Source: Candidatus Woesearchaeota archaeon (GTDB taxonomy: Archaea > Nanobdellota > Nanobdellia > Woesearchaeales > GW2011-AR4). Taken from it: a stretch of 64,000 bases of DNA. Made by a program: the position numbers and the translations under genes. Positions 45,557 to 54,180 of the stretch are shown one piece after another; position 1 is the stretch's first letter, and each line of letters starts with the position of its first letter. A model generated the notes under the pieces. It made no database searches and had not been told where the DNA came from. It saw only the letters and a program-made list of their open reading frames with translations. Where the stretch lies: NCBI GenBank assembly GCA_018303625.1, contig JAGVXV010000010.1:13411-77410 (forward strand), in the 5' to 3' direction.

Positions 45557-45694
45557 CTTTTTTATTTTGCCCCGGGCAATGTTCTTTTCGCTCTCCAAAA
45601 TCTGTTTCATCATATCAGAATTTTGGAGTATCTCTATTGTCTCTTTCATGCCTTCATACTCTTTTTTTGATATGAGTATCATGTCTTGCTTCAT
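45557..45694 (-). pseudogene. YefM/Phd-like antitoxin fragment (C-terminal half only), convergent to the toxin; coordinates approximate (within a few nt)
   Basis: Minus-strand 45-aa ORF 'MKQDMILISKKEYEGMKETIEILQNSDMMKQILESEKNIARGKIKKLKV'. It aligns with the C-terminal half of YefM ('[39 protein letters not shown]'). An in-frame TAA lies just upstream, so the N-terminal DNA-binding half is absent. Confidence 0.45.
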
Positions 45695-45837
45695 AAGGAA
45701 ATCATAATATACCTGCCTTTATATAATTTTCGCATGTTTAATAGCCACGCCTTTTCCGAATTTGATTATTTGTGGGGTTAAAAATTTATGGGTTAGTATT
45801 TACCCCACTGGTGCGCTACGCAACACCAGTGGAAAGC

Positions 45838-46038
45838 TCAGCTTTTAATAATGAATGTATCACAACAATTTTTTTCAATAATACCTAATTTTTGGTTGCA
45901 GTCATTACAACAAATTATTTTAAGTTTAGCAGGTCCTCCTATGTTCATAGGTATGAAGTGATCATAAGTCCATTTATTATCATTAAAGTTTTTATCGCAA
46001 TATACGCAATAGTATTCCTTAATATTTTTTGAAACCAT
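45838..46038 (-). CDS. Small HNH-family endonuclease-like zinc-finger protein
   Basis: 'YCVYCDKNFNDNKWTYDHFIPMNIGG...CCNDCNQKLG' has the CxxC...DH...N...CxxC arrangement of HNH nucleases. About 66 aa from the internal ATG. Confidence 0.5.
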   Translation of the reverse strand: MVSKNIKEYYCVYCDKNFNDNKWTYDHFIPMNIGGPAKLKIICCNDCNQKLGIIEKNCCDTFIIKS

Positions 46039-46048
46039 ATTATTTTTC

Positions 46049-47587
46049 CTAAACCTCCACTTCCCTCTTAACCACAACCTTCCCAGTAATTGACCTCAAC
46101 ATATGCCCAGTTATCTCTAAATCATAGAATTTCTTTAGCTCTAATCTTCCCTTAACCCCAACAATTATCGGATATGTTCCAAACTGCCTGCAGAATGTTG
46201 TGTTGCCGTCATAGATTTCCGCATAACAATTGGTTAAAACTGTTCCGTTTGGAATTACTCTCTGCAGCATTGGCCAGTCTATTTTCTGCCTTATTTCATT
46301 GCGCCATTTCCAGTATAATTTTTTATTTTTTCTTAAAAACTTGTCCCTGCCTTTGTTATATAATGAAGTGCCTTCAAATATTGCAACCTGCCTTATGTTA
46401 ATCCTCCTTAGCATCAATCCTTCATCATAAATTCTTTTCAACCATTTCATGTTCTCTTCATGGGTTTTCTTTGTTTCATTGCGAAGCCCGAAAATTATAT
46501 TGACTCCGGGCAAAAACCTGGGCATTCCGTCAGGGCCTCTTTCAGCCCCGTATTTGTTCAGTATCTTAACCGCTTCATAAGCAATCTGAGGAGGAGTATT
46601 CAATGTATTTGCCTTCACAACCTCTAAATCAAAAGACTCAACTCCAAAAGCGGCAATATTTCCCGAAGTGCAGTACTTAACAATTGCTTTTGTTATTTCA
46701 AAATCACTTTTCTTGTCCATAACAACCTTGACAGGATTTACATTATCAATATGCAAAACCTTAATATCAGGGCATTTGCCATTTATTTCTTTCAGTAATT
46801 CTGCGGCATAAGGCAAAGTATAGAAGCAGGTCTGCTTTCCAAGCCTAAAATAACGAGCGCCAAGATTGTAAAACTCAATAACCTCCTGCAAAACATCCTC
46901 TTTATCGCGAAACTCAACTCTGTTTTTCAGAGGCTCTGTGCAAAAGCTGCACTTTCCTATGTCGCAGCCGTGCCCAGTCTCAATCTCTATCATGCGATGA
47001 TCAGGAATCTGCTTTATGATTGAAGCCCCTTTTATTGAATGATTCTTCACATCAGAATATTTGAAATTAAACATTGAATAATCAACTTTGTCAAAAGCGC
47101 CTAAATCAGCTTTTTCAAAAAACTTGCCGCCAAAAAGCTGCGTTCCGAAAACAGCAGGTCCTGTCAAAATTTTCTCGCATCTTAAATCCTTAATCATTGG
47201 AATTATCTCATTTAGGGTGCCAGGCACTGCAGAAAGATATTTTCCCGGAACATGAACACCAAGGACAACAATCAAGGTACCTGTTTCAGCAAGAATTTTC
47301 CCAATATTTTTATAATTAATTGTCAGGTTATAAGTTGTAATGTCTGTTTTCTGCGACGGCCTTATTGCTCTTATTTCTGAATTGTTTTTTTTCCACAACC
47401 TCAAATCATCAATAGTTAAATAACAAGCATCTTCATTCAGGTATCCTGCTATGTACCTAGGATACGTGCCAAGATAAGGCGGAACTCCAAGCCCGGCCGG
47501 CTCATCAGTATAGCAGTCAAGTATAGTATATCCCATAGCTTGGAGTAATGCTTTTTCATTTAAAAAGGTATTTGAAAAAGAAAACAT
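46049..47587 (-). CDS. Radical SAM domain protein with N-terminal extension and C-terminal TRAM-like region
   Basis: 512 aa. It has a radical SAM cluster 'IETGHGCDIGKCSFC' (Cx4Cx2C). The C-terminal 'GVKGRLELKKFYDLEITGHMLRSITGKVVVKREVEV' resembles a TRAM/OB domain. Confidence 0.65.
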   Translation of the reverse strand: MFSFSNTFLNEKALLQAMGYTILDCYTDEPAGLGVPPYLGTYPRYIAGYLNEDACYLTIDDLRLWKKNNSEIRAIRPSQKTDITTYNLTINYKNIGKILAETGTLIVVLGVHVPGKYLSAVPGTLNEIIPMIKDLRCEKILTGPAVFGTQLFGGKFFEKADLGAFDKVDYSMFNFKYSDVKNHSIKGASIIKQIPDHRMIEIETGHGCDIGKCSFCTEPLKNRVEFRDKEDVLQEVIEFYNLGARYFRLGKQTCFYTLPYAAELLKEINGKCPDIKVLHIDNVNPVKVVMDKKSDFEITKAIVKYCTSGNIAAFGVESFDLEVVKANTLNTPPQIAYEAVKILNKYGAERGPDGMPRFLPGVNIIFGLRNETKKTHEENMKWLKRIYDEGLMLRRINIRQVAIFEGTSLYNKGRDKFLRKNKKLYWKWRNEIRQKIDWPMLQRVIPNGTVLTNCYAEIYDGNTTFCRQFGTYPIIVGVKGRLELKKFYDLEITGHMLRSITGKVVVKREVEV

Positions 47588-47616
47588 TTAAATTATTGAT
47601 ATTTTAAATAAAAACT

Positions 47617-48231
47617 ATGTTGGGGATTGTATTGTATATTGCGTTAATCTTTATTTTATTGCTAGCTTTATTCCTCCTAAACTTCTACCGCGACCCTGAA
47701 AGAAAAATACCAAAAGGAAATAATATTGTTTCCCCGGCGGACGGCAGAATAATCAGAATAATAAAAATAAATTCCAATGAGAAAATAAAAATAAAAAAGG
47801 GAATTTTGGGAAAGATTGAAACATTGACAAAAGATGTCGCAAAGGAATGCTATCTGGTCTCAATTTTCATGTCGCCTTTTGATGTCCACATCAACAGGGC
47901 TCCAATAGATGGAAAAATAAAAAAAATAAAATATGAAAAAGGCAGGTTTTTCTCCGCCTTCAATTTTGAAAAATCGCTGAAAAACGAAAAAAATGAGATA
48001 TTAATAGAAAGTAAAATCGGCAATGTCAAGGCAATCCAGATAGCCGGTTTTCTTGCAAGGAAGATAAAATGCTTCGTGAAAGAAAATCAAAAAATTAATA
48101 AAGGGCAGAAAATAGGCGCGATTGTGTTGGGGTCGCAAGTGTCTTTGGTAATTCCCGCAAAAATAACATTAAAAATAAAAATAGGCGATAAAGTAAAAGC
48201 TGGCTCGACAATAATTGCTGGATTAAAATGA
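47617..48231 (+). CDS. psd: Phosphatidylserine (archaetidylserine) decarboxylase-like proenzyme
   Basis: An N-terminal TM, then 'FYRDPERKIPKGNNIVSPADGRI', 'FMSPFDVHINRAPIDGKI' and the C-terminal 'GAIVLGSQVS'. A small Psd with a GS cleavage-site-like motif. Confidence 0.7.
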   Translation: MLGIVLYIALIFILLLALFLLNFYRDPERKIPKGNNIVSPADGRIIRIIKINSNEKIKIKKGILGKIETLTKDVAKECYLVSIFMSPFDVHINRAPIDGKIKKIKYEKGRFFSAFNFEKSLKNEKNEILIESKIGNVKAIQIAGFLARKIKCFVKENQKINKGQKIGAIVLGSQVSLVIPAKITLKIKIGDKVKAGSTIIAGLK

Positions 48232-48797
48232 ACTCTCAACTCATATTTCTGTCAAACTTCCTCCGCAGCCCGAGGGAAATAGCGGCTGTTGCGCCAAGCT
48301 CAAGGTATGTGGTAGATAAGGTGATTAGCCAGATAGATTTTGGCAAAGCCAGGCTTATAGTTGAGTACGGGCCCGGAACAGGAATTCTGACAAAGGCCAT
48401 ACTTGAAAGGTTAAAGCCCAATGGAAAATTAGTATGCTTTGAGCTTAATTCAAAATTCTGCAGGCATCTTGCAAGCAGCCTTGATGATCCAAGGCTTACC
48501 ATTATCAATGATTCTGCGGAAAAGCTGGACTTTTACCTGGATAAGCTCAAGATAAAAGCAAAAATTGATTATGCGCTGTCTTCCATACCTTTTTTGCTTA
48601 TAAAAGACAGGCGCAAGCACTCCATCATCAGGAAAACAAAGGACAGCCTCGGCAAGAACGGAAAATTCATAGTGTATCAGCAGTATTCGTGGCACATAAG
48701 GAACTACCTGAGCTTTTACTTCAAAAAAATCTCAACGGGATTTGAAATAAGGAATATTCCCCCTACGTTTATCTACAGGTGTGAAAAGGCAGAATGA
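48228..48797 (+). CDS. Small class I SAM-dependent methyltransferase (KsgA/Erm-like fold; phospholipid N-methyltransferase-like)
   Basis: 189 aa. Motif I is 'LIVEYGPGTGILTKAIL' followed by 'LVCFELNSKF'. It lacks the rRNA-dimethylase NxPY motif (it has 'SSIPF'). It overlaps psd by 4 nt and the downstream gene by 4 nt, suggesting a translationally coupled operon. Confidence 0.5.
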   Translation: MNSQLIFLSNFLRSPREIAAVAPSSRYVVDKVISQIDFGKARLIVEYGPGTGILTKAILERLKPNGKLVCFELNSKFCRHLASSLDDPRLTIINDSAEKLDFYLDKLKIKAKIDYALSSIPFLLIKDRRKHSIIRKTKDSLGKNGKFIVYQQYSWHIRNYLSFYFKKISTGFEIRNIPPTFIYRCEKAE

Positions 48798-49831
48798 AGT
48801 TAAAAATACGCAATAGGAAATTTCCAATAACACTGACTTTGCTTAGGGTCCTTCTTGCCCCGATAGTGATGCTTGTTATCCTGTACGAAAGAAAAAACAT
48901 TGCCGCGTTCCTGTTTGTCCTTACAGCGCTGATAGGCTTCTTTGACAGCCTGATTGCGAAAAAAAAGAAAAGGTCGCAGTTAAGGTCGATAGTGGATTTA
49001 TTGGCAGATAAGTTGCTGGTAAATCTTACAGCTATAGCACTTTATTTTAAAGCCGTGCTTCCATTGTGGGTAACCTTGGTTTTTCTTGGCAGAGACCTGC
49101 TGACGGTTTCTGGAGCTTCAATCCTGCTTTACAAGGACAGGAGAAGGGAGTTTAAGCCGACTTTCTCAGGCAGGATTATGCTGTTTTTCCAGATAATGGC
49201 GTTTATCCCAGCCATATTGCAGACAATTGACTGGCTTCTTATTTACATTGCAGTTTTCTTAACCGCGGCATCGGCAGTTGAATGGGCCTTCAAGTCAGAG
49301 TTCAGGCTTGTAAGGAGGACTGATATGGATGAATTCAGGATTTCAAAATTAATAAAATTTTCAGATGTTTTTACATTAACAAATGTAGTTTCCGGGCTGA
49401 CTGCAATACTGTTTTCAGTAACCTACAAGCATAATCTGGCTGCAATAATGCTCGTAACTGCGGTTATTTTTGATTACCTGGACGGAAAAATCGCGCTTTT
49501 GACAAAAACAAGCAACGAATTCGGCAAAGAGCTTGACAGCCTGGCAGACACCATAAGCTTTGGCGTTGCGCCGGCTGTTTTTGGCTTTTCCCTGATACAA
49601 ACGCCGCTGGCGATTATAGCCTTCGCCATTTTTCTTTTTTGCGGCATTTTAAGGCTTGCAAGGTACAATATAATGGAGTTCAAGGGGGAATATCATGGTA
49701 TGCCGATAACACTCAACGGTGTTATTGTGCCTCTGGTTTATTTCCTCAAAATGCCGTTTGACTACTACCCATACCTTTACCTTATATTGAGTATCCTGAT
49801 GATTTCTTCCCTAAGGGTAAAGAAGCTATAG
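48794..49831 (+). CDS. CDP-alcohol phosphatidyltransferase with duplicated domain (N-terminal copy degenerate)
   Basis: The C-terminal half has the canonical 'DGKIALLTKTSNEFGKELDSLADTIS' (D-G-x2-A-R-x8-G-x3-D-x3-D). The N-terminal half has the related 'FDSLIAKKKKRSQLRSIVDLLADKLL'. About 8 TM helices. Confidence 0.7.
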   Translation: MKLKIRNRKFPITLTLLRVLLAPIVMLVILYERKNIAAFLFVLTALIGFFDSLIAKKKKRSQLRSIVDLLADKLLVNLTAIALYFKAVLPLWVTLVFLGRDLLTVSGASILLYKDRRREFKPTFSGRIMLFFQIMAFIPAILQTIDWLLIYIAVFLTAASAVEWAFKSEFRLVRRTDMDEFRISKLIKFSDVFTLTNVVSGLTAILFSVTYKHNLAAIMLVTAVIFDYLDGKIALLTKTSNEFGKELDSLADTISFGVAPAVFGFSLIQTPLAIIAFAIFLFCGILRLARYNIMEFKGEYHGMPITLNGVIVPLVYFLKMPFDYYPYLYLILSILMISSLRVKKL

Positions 49832-50854
49832 CTTCCTGCTGCTTGCCTTGGCCATAAAGGCGACCATAGTCAAATAAGCAAAACTCAGGGCTGCTATAAG
49901 GAAATGATTCTTATAAACAAAATTTATAAGTATTGTCAAGACAGTTATATAGCTCAATCCCACGGTAATCTTGCTTACGGTAGAAGTAAGCGTTTTGTTG
50001 TGCTTCTTGAGGTAGTATAGCTTTATGATTGCAGTTGAAACAGATGGAATTGCTGCCAAAATGCCGAATATAAAGGAGATATGCCCTGAGTAGATAAATG
50101 CTATAAGGGCTACAACAATAAATGTCCAGTCAGTAAAAGAATCAAAATTGCTGCCAAATTCCGTAACCTGCTTCATTAATCTTGCAGAAATGCCGTCAAT
50201 TTTGTCGCTCAGGGCTATAATCGCAAAAATCATAATGGAGATGTTGGTCTTGTCCTCAAAAACAAAGATGACAAAAACAGGGATTAGCACAAGCCTTGTT
50301 AAGGTTATCAAATTAGGTATGTTAAGCATCTTGTCCTTCACGAGATTGCTGAATTTGATTAGGTAGTCAAGCCCGGAGATTACTGTAAATAAAACCGCGA
50401 TGAGCATTACATGCCATGCAAACTGGAATTTCAATATAACAAGCAAAATGCCTATTGTCTGTGTTATTGTTTTCAGCTTGCCTAAAATGCTCGCGCTCAC
50501 TACAGTGCCTTTCGAGACAAATATCAGCCTCAGGCCTGTTATAATCCATTCCCTCGCTATTATTACGACAACCATCCACAAAGGAATGCCTTTGCCCATG
50601 AAAAAAATCAGGGCTACGGAAATCAAAAGCTTATCTGCAATAGGGTCTATCAGCTTCCCAATTTCCGTAATTTCCTTTCTTTTCCTCGCTATATAGCCGT
50701 CCAGCGCATCAGATAATGATAAGATTATGAAGATAAATGCCGCAAAATATTCTATATATGGTAAATTCAAAACAAGAAAATAAACAAACAGGGGTATGAG
50801 CAATACCCTGATGACCGTAATTTGATTGGGTTTTGAAAAAATATCCTTTGCCAC
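49826..50854 (-). CDS. Tandem-domain CDP-alcohol phosphatidyltransferase (two complete catalytic motifs)
   Basis: Two full motifs: 'SDALDGYIARKRKEITEIGKLIDPIADKL' and 'SDKIDGISARLMKQVTEFGSNFDSFTDWT'. 342 aa, polytopic. Confidence 0.75.
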   Translation of the reverse strand: MAKDIFSKPNQITVIRVLLIPLFVYFLVLNLPYIEYFAAFIFIILSLSDALDGYIARKRKEITEIGKLIDPIADKLLISVALIFFMGKGIPLWMVVVIIAREWIITGLRLIFVSKGTVVSASILGKLKTITQTIGILLVILKFQFAWHVMLIAVLFTVISGLDYLIKFSNLVKDKMLNIPNLITLTRLVLIPVFVIFVFEDKTNISIMIFAIIALSDKIDGISARLMKQVTEFGSNFDSFTDWTFIVVALIAFIYSGHISFIFGILAAIPSVSTAIIKLYYLKKHNKTLTSTVSKITVGLSYITVLTILINFVYKNHFLIAALSFAYLTMVAFMAKASSRKL

Positions 50855-50903
50855 TTTCCTTCAAATCATAAACTTTATAATGCTTATATAGTTTTCTGTT
50901 TGA

Positions 50904-51539
50904 ATGAAATATGATCTCCATATGCATACACATTACTCCAAATGCGGCAATCTAAAGCCGGAACTGCTGCTGAAAATCGCGAAAAAACGCGGCCTGGACG
51001 GCATTGCAGTTACCGACCATAACACCATTAAAGGTGCATTAGAGGTAAAAAAACTGAATAAAAATAAGAAATTTGAAGTCATTGTCGGTGAGGAAATATC
51101 CACCAATGTTGGGGAAGTCTTGGCCTATTACTTAAAAAAACAGGTAAAAAAAGGTGATTTTTTCTCAGTTGTTGATGAGGTAAAAAAGCAAGGCGCTTTG
51201 GCTTCATTATCGCATCCTTTCAGGACATCGTTAAACCCAAACCACCGCTTTAAGCTCCCAATAGAAAAAATTAAAAATAGGGTAGATGCCATGGAGGTTT
51301 TTAATGCAAGGAACCTGCCAGGGAACAATGAAATGTCCCAGAGAACGGCAAAAAAATTAAATTTGGCAGGAACGGCAGGCTCTGATGCGCATTTTTCCTT
51401 TGAAATAGCAAAAGCTTACACAATTTTTGATGGTAATTTAAGGCAAGCAATTAAAAAAAATGAGACAAAATTCAAAGGAACAATAATTTTTGGCCCTTTT
51501 GGGGGCTTACTGAGCTTTTTGAGAAACAGGTTTTTGTAA
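50904..51539 (+). CDS. PHP-domain metal-dependent phosphoesterase
   Basis: 'MKYDLHMHTHYSKCGNLKPELLLKIAKKRGLDGIAVTDHNTIKGA', 'SHPF', 'GSDAH'. These are PHP His/Asp ligands. Confidence 0.7.
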   Translation: MKYDLHMHTHYSKCGNLKPELLLKIAKKRGLDGIAVTDHNTIKGALEVKKLNKNKKFEVIVGEEISTNVGEVLAYYLKKQVKKGDFFSVVDEVKKQGALASLSHPFRTSLNPNHRFKLPIEKIKNRVDAMEVFNARNLPGNNEMSQRTAKKLNLAGTAGSDAHFSFEIAKAYTIFDGNLRQAIKKNETKFKGTIIFGPFGGLLSFLRNRFL

Positions 51540-51548
51540 AGAGGCAAA

Positions 51549-52091
51549 ATGATATTTATTTTAATTGTAAAGGCTTTCTATTTCATGCTTCCGGCATATT
51601 TCGCCAACATGGCCCCCGTTATTGTAAAAAGGCTGTTCAAAAACCTGGCAATTGCTATAGATTCCGGCAGAAGATTTGGCAATAAGCCAATCCTTGGGAG
51701 CAACAAGACGTGGCGCGGCCTGGTTTTCGGGATTATTTTTGCGATTGTCATCTCATTTTTGCAATTTTTATTTTATAATAATAATATTTTTGCGGAAATA
51801 TCTTTGGTGGATTATTCCAATTGGCTGTTATTTGGGTTTTTAATGGGCTTCGGTGCTTTGCTTGGAGACATGACAAAAAGTTTTTTTAAAAGAAGGCTGG
51901 GTTATGCTCCGGGAAAGCCTTTTATCCCGTTTGACCAGCTTGACTTTGTCGTAGGAGCCCTGCTTTTTACTTACCCCTTGGTTAAACTGCCGATAGGGCT
52001 TGTAATCACAACAATTTTGCTGAGTTTTTTTTTAGATATTGCTGTAAACCATATATCCTATTACCTCAAAATAAGGAACGAGAAGTGGTAA
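51549..52091 (+). CDS. carS: CDP-archaeol synthase (CarS)
   Basis: 180 aa with about 5 TM helices. 'GNKPILGSNKTWRGLVFG' and the C-terminal 'PFDQLDFVVGALL' are CarS signatures. Confidence 0.8.
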   Translation: MIFILIVKAFYFMLPAYFANMAPVIVKRLFKNLAIAIDSGRRFGNKPILGSNKTWRGLVFGIIFAIVISFLQFLFYNNNIFAEISLVDYSNWLLFGFLMGFGALLGDMTKSFFKRRLGYAPGKPFIPFDQLDFVVGALLFTYPLVKLPIGLVITTILLSFFLDIAVNHISYYLKIRNEKW

Positions 52092-52558
52092 TTTAAAAGG
52101 AATAGGAGATTTGCTGCAATAAGAAAAATAGAGTTATAAAAAAGGATTTTATAATGATTTTTCTCCCTTATGCCATATATCAAAGAGGCTGTCGGGATTC
52201 CTAACAGCAAAATTAAAGCTGATTCTATGGCAAAGAGGCTTGTGTTTATTGAGCTTAAAAAAAACAAAACCCCGAGTAGGGCATAGGTCAGCAGGGATTT
52301 TTTAAATAAGCCCCATTTTTTAAATTCAATAAGCAATAAAAATAAAAAAAGTATTATTAAAATTAAAAAATAGGAAAAATCATGGAGATAGTACAATAAA
52401 AAAAATATGAAAATGGCAAATAAAAAAATCCTCCTCAACAGGATAAAATATTTTTTCCCGGGCTTCTGCTCTTCAGGCGCTATTTTTACCAGCAGTATGC
52501 CTACTGCCAGGCCTAAAAAAGAGATAAAAGAAGCGAGAAAATAGTTTATGGATTGCAT
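52061..52558 (-). CDS. membrane protein, hypothetical
   Basis: 165 aa and highly hydrophobic (about 5 TM helices). No motif. It overlaps the carS 3' end. Confidence 0.35.
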   Translation of the reverse strand: MQSINYFLASFISFLGLAVGILLVKIAPEEQKPGKKYFILLRRIFLFAIFIFFLLYYLHDFSYFLILIILFLFLLLIEFKKWGLFKKSLLTYALLGVLFFLSSINTSLFAIESALILLLGIPTASLIYGIREKNHYKILFYNSIFLIAANLLFLLNYHFSFLILR

Positions 52559-52559
52559 C

Positions 52560-53021
52560 TTATCTGCACATGTTTTTTTCCATTTCCTTTATTTGCTTGA
52601 CTCTTCTCCTGTGCCTTTCCTCTTTGCTGAAATTTGTTTCAAGCCAGATTTTTGTTATTTTTTTTGCCTCATTCTCCTTCAGGATTCTTGCGCCGAGGCA
52701 AAGCAGGTTGCTATCATTGTGCTCGCGGCTTTTTAATGCAGTATATTCATTAAAGCAGTTTGTTGCCCTTATGCCCCTTACCTTGTTTGCCACAATTGCC
52801 TCTCCCAAGCCTGTGCCGCAAACCAAAATGCCCTTGCCTTTTGCCTTTGCCACCTTTTTTGCGACTTTAATAGCTGTTTTAGGGTAATCATGATATTTCT
52901 TGTCATCATCAACGCCCAAATCCTCTGCCCTATAGCCTGATTTGCCAAGAAATGCTTTTATTTTTTCCTTCAGCCTAAAGCCGGCATGGTCGCTGCCTAT
53001 GAATATTACCTCTTTTTTCAT
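52560..53021 (-). CDS. rpiB: Ribose-5-phosphate isomerase B (RpiB/LacAB family)
   Basis: 'VIFIGSDHAGFRLKEKI' and 'GILVCGTGLGEAIVANKVRGIRA' are typical of RpiB. It has a 20-aa basic C-terminal tail. Confidence 0.85.
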   Translation of the reverse strand: MKKEVIFIGSDHAGFRLKEKIKAFLGKSGYRAEDLGVDDDKKYHDYPKTAIKVAKKVAKAKGKGILVCGTGLGEAIVANKVRGIRATNCFNEYTALKSREHNDSNLLCLGARILKENEAKKITKIWLETNFSKEERHRRRVKQIKEMEKNMCR

Positions 53022-53094
53022 GATTTATTCTGCAGAATAGGAGCTTTTTAAACTTTTCTTAAAAATCAAATTATTTTAAAAACAGGACTATAGT

Positions 53095-53355
53095 TTACCA
53101 GCTTCTTATGTAGACAGAATGGCCCCATTGTATCAGCAAATCAACGCCCAATTTCTCAACCAGCAGGGGCACATCGCAGCCTCCCCAGCAGCTTCCAAGC
53201 CAGATAACAACCTTCGCACCGGTATTCTTTTCCAGATATTCCTGTATTTCATTTGCCCTCGGCTTCAGACCGTCAGGCAGCTGTATGCATACCAGTTTTG
53301 CATTGCTTTTCCTGATTTCCTCAGCTGCTTTGTTTAGTTCTAAATCGTAAGTCAT
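53095..53355 (-). pseudogene. dph2: Dph2 (2-(3-amino-3-carboxypropyl)histidine synthase) N-terminal fragment
   Basis: The 86-aa ORF 'LVCIQLPDGLKPRANEIQEYLE...VVIWLGSCWGGCDVPLLVEKLGVDLLIQWGHSVY' matches only domain 1 of Dph2. It ends in a stop about 70 nt upstream of rpiB. Full-length Dph2 is about 330 aa. Confidence 0.6.
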
Positions 53356-53380
53356 AGAATTAGGGTTTATTAGTCAATTT

Positions 53381-54010
53381 TTATACTTTTCTAGGTTTAG
53401 GAGGCTCCACTGGTTGATTAGGAAAATTCTCAGCATCTTCAAGAAATGTTTCAAAAAAATATGTTTCTAAACTTGAAAATAATTCTAAATATCCATCTTG
53501 GGTAACTTTTTTGGTAAGTTTTCTTCTTGTTTCATCCTCCAATTGACCAAGGTCCCCAGTATTTTCAATTACATGCGGATTTGAAGTATATATGCTATCC
53601 CTAAACCACGTAGCAAAAATATCAATAAATCTTTTGTATAAGTCTTGATTTACTTCATTAATCCGTCCATCACCAGTAAAAACGCTAAAAATATGTCTTC
53701 CATATACTTTTCCAAATACAAACTCAACCTCATCCCGAGCTTTTTTTTCATTTTCTTTGATTATTTCTTCGACTCTTGAAAAATAACTTTTTGATACTTG
53801 TACTTCTCTGTTTTGTGAATTATACCACGGTTTTATTAGAAGTATATTATCCACCATTACTAATCCAGGAATCGGAAACAAATTTTTATCAACACTTCCT
53901 TTATAAAGTGCATCTGCTATTTCTTCAAGAACTCCGCCAATAAGAGTTTTAGACCTATAAAAAATATCTCCATTTGCAAATATTCCTTGATTTCCTACAA
54001 CATCTCCCAT
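53381..54010 (-). CDS. hypothetical protein (209 aa)
   Basis: A clean ORF with AT3-rich codon usage (aga, tta, cca) and no recognisable motif. It is the last gene of an apparent 3-gene minus-strand unit. Confidence 0.4.
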   Translation of the reverse strand: MGDVVGNQGIFANGDIFYRSKTLIGGVLEEIADALYKGSVDKNLFPIPGLVMVDNILLIKPWYNSQNREVQVSKSYFSRVEEIIKENEKKARDEVEFVFGKVYGRHIFSVFTGDGRINEVNQDLYKRFIDIFATWFRDSIYTSNPHVIENTGDLGQLEDETRRKLTKKVTQDGYLELFSSLETYFFETFLEDAENFPNQPVEPPKPRKV

Positions 54011-54039
54011 TTTTAAAATTCAATAATTTAAGAATCTCA

Positions 54040-54177
54040 CATAAACAATTCATCCAGCTCAAATTCGCTCAGGTCTTTTTTATTGATAAGTTTAGCAAAA
54101 TCCTTCTCTCTCATCTTTTTCCTTTCTTCCCTCATGCTTTCGATTTCAGTCATGTCTTCATCAAAAAACTCTTCCAT
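54040..54177 (-). CDS. tiny acidic ORF (about 45 aa)
   Basis: 'MEEFFDEDMTEIESMREERKKMREKDFAKLINKKDLSEFELDELFM'. It starts 3 nt after the stop of the 109-aa ORF. It is not in the supplied ORF track and its coordinates are approximate. Confidence 0.25.
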
Positions 54178-54180
54178 TTT

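Noticed and set aside
48228-48797. Calling the small methyltransferase as rRNA dimethyladenosine transferase KsgA
   Set aside because: It is only 189 aa versus about 270. It lacks the catalytic NxPY motif. It is embedded in a lipid head-group operon. It is kept as a KsgA-fold methyltransferase of uncertain substrate.
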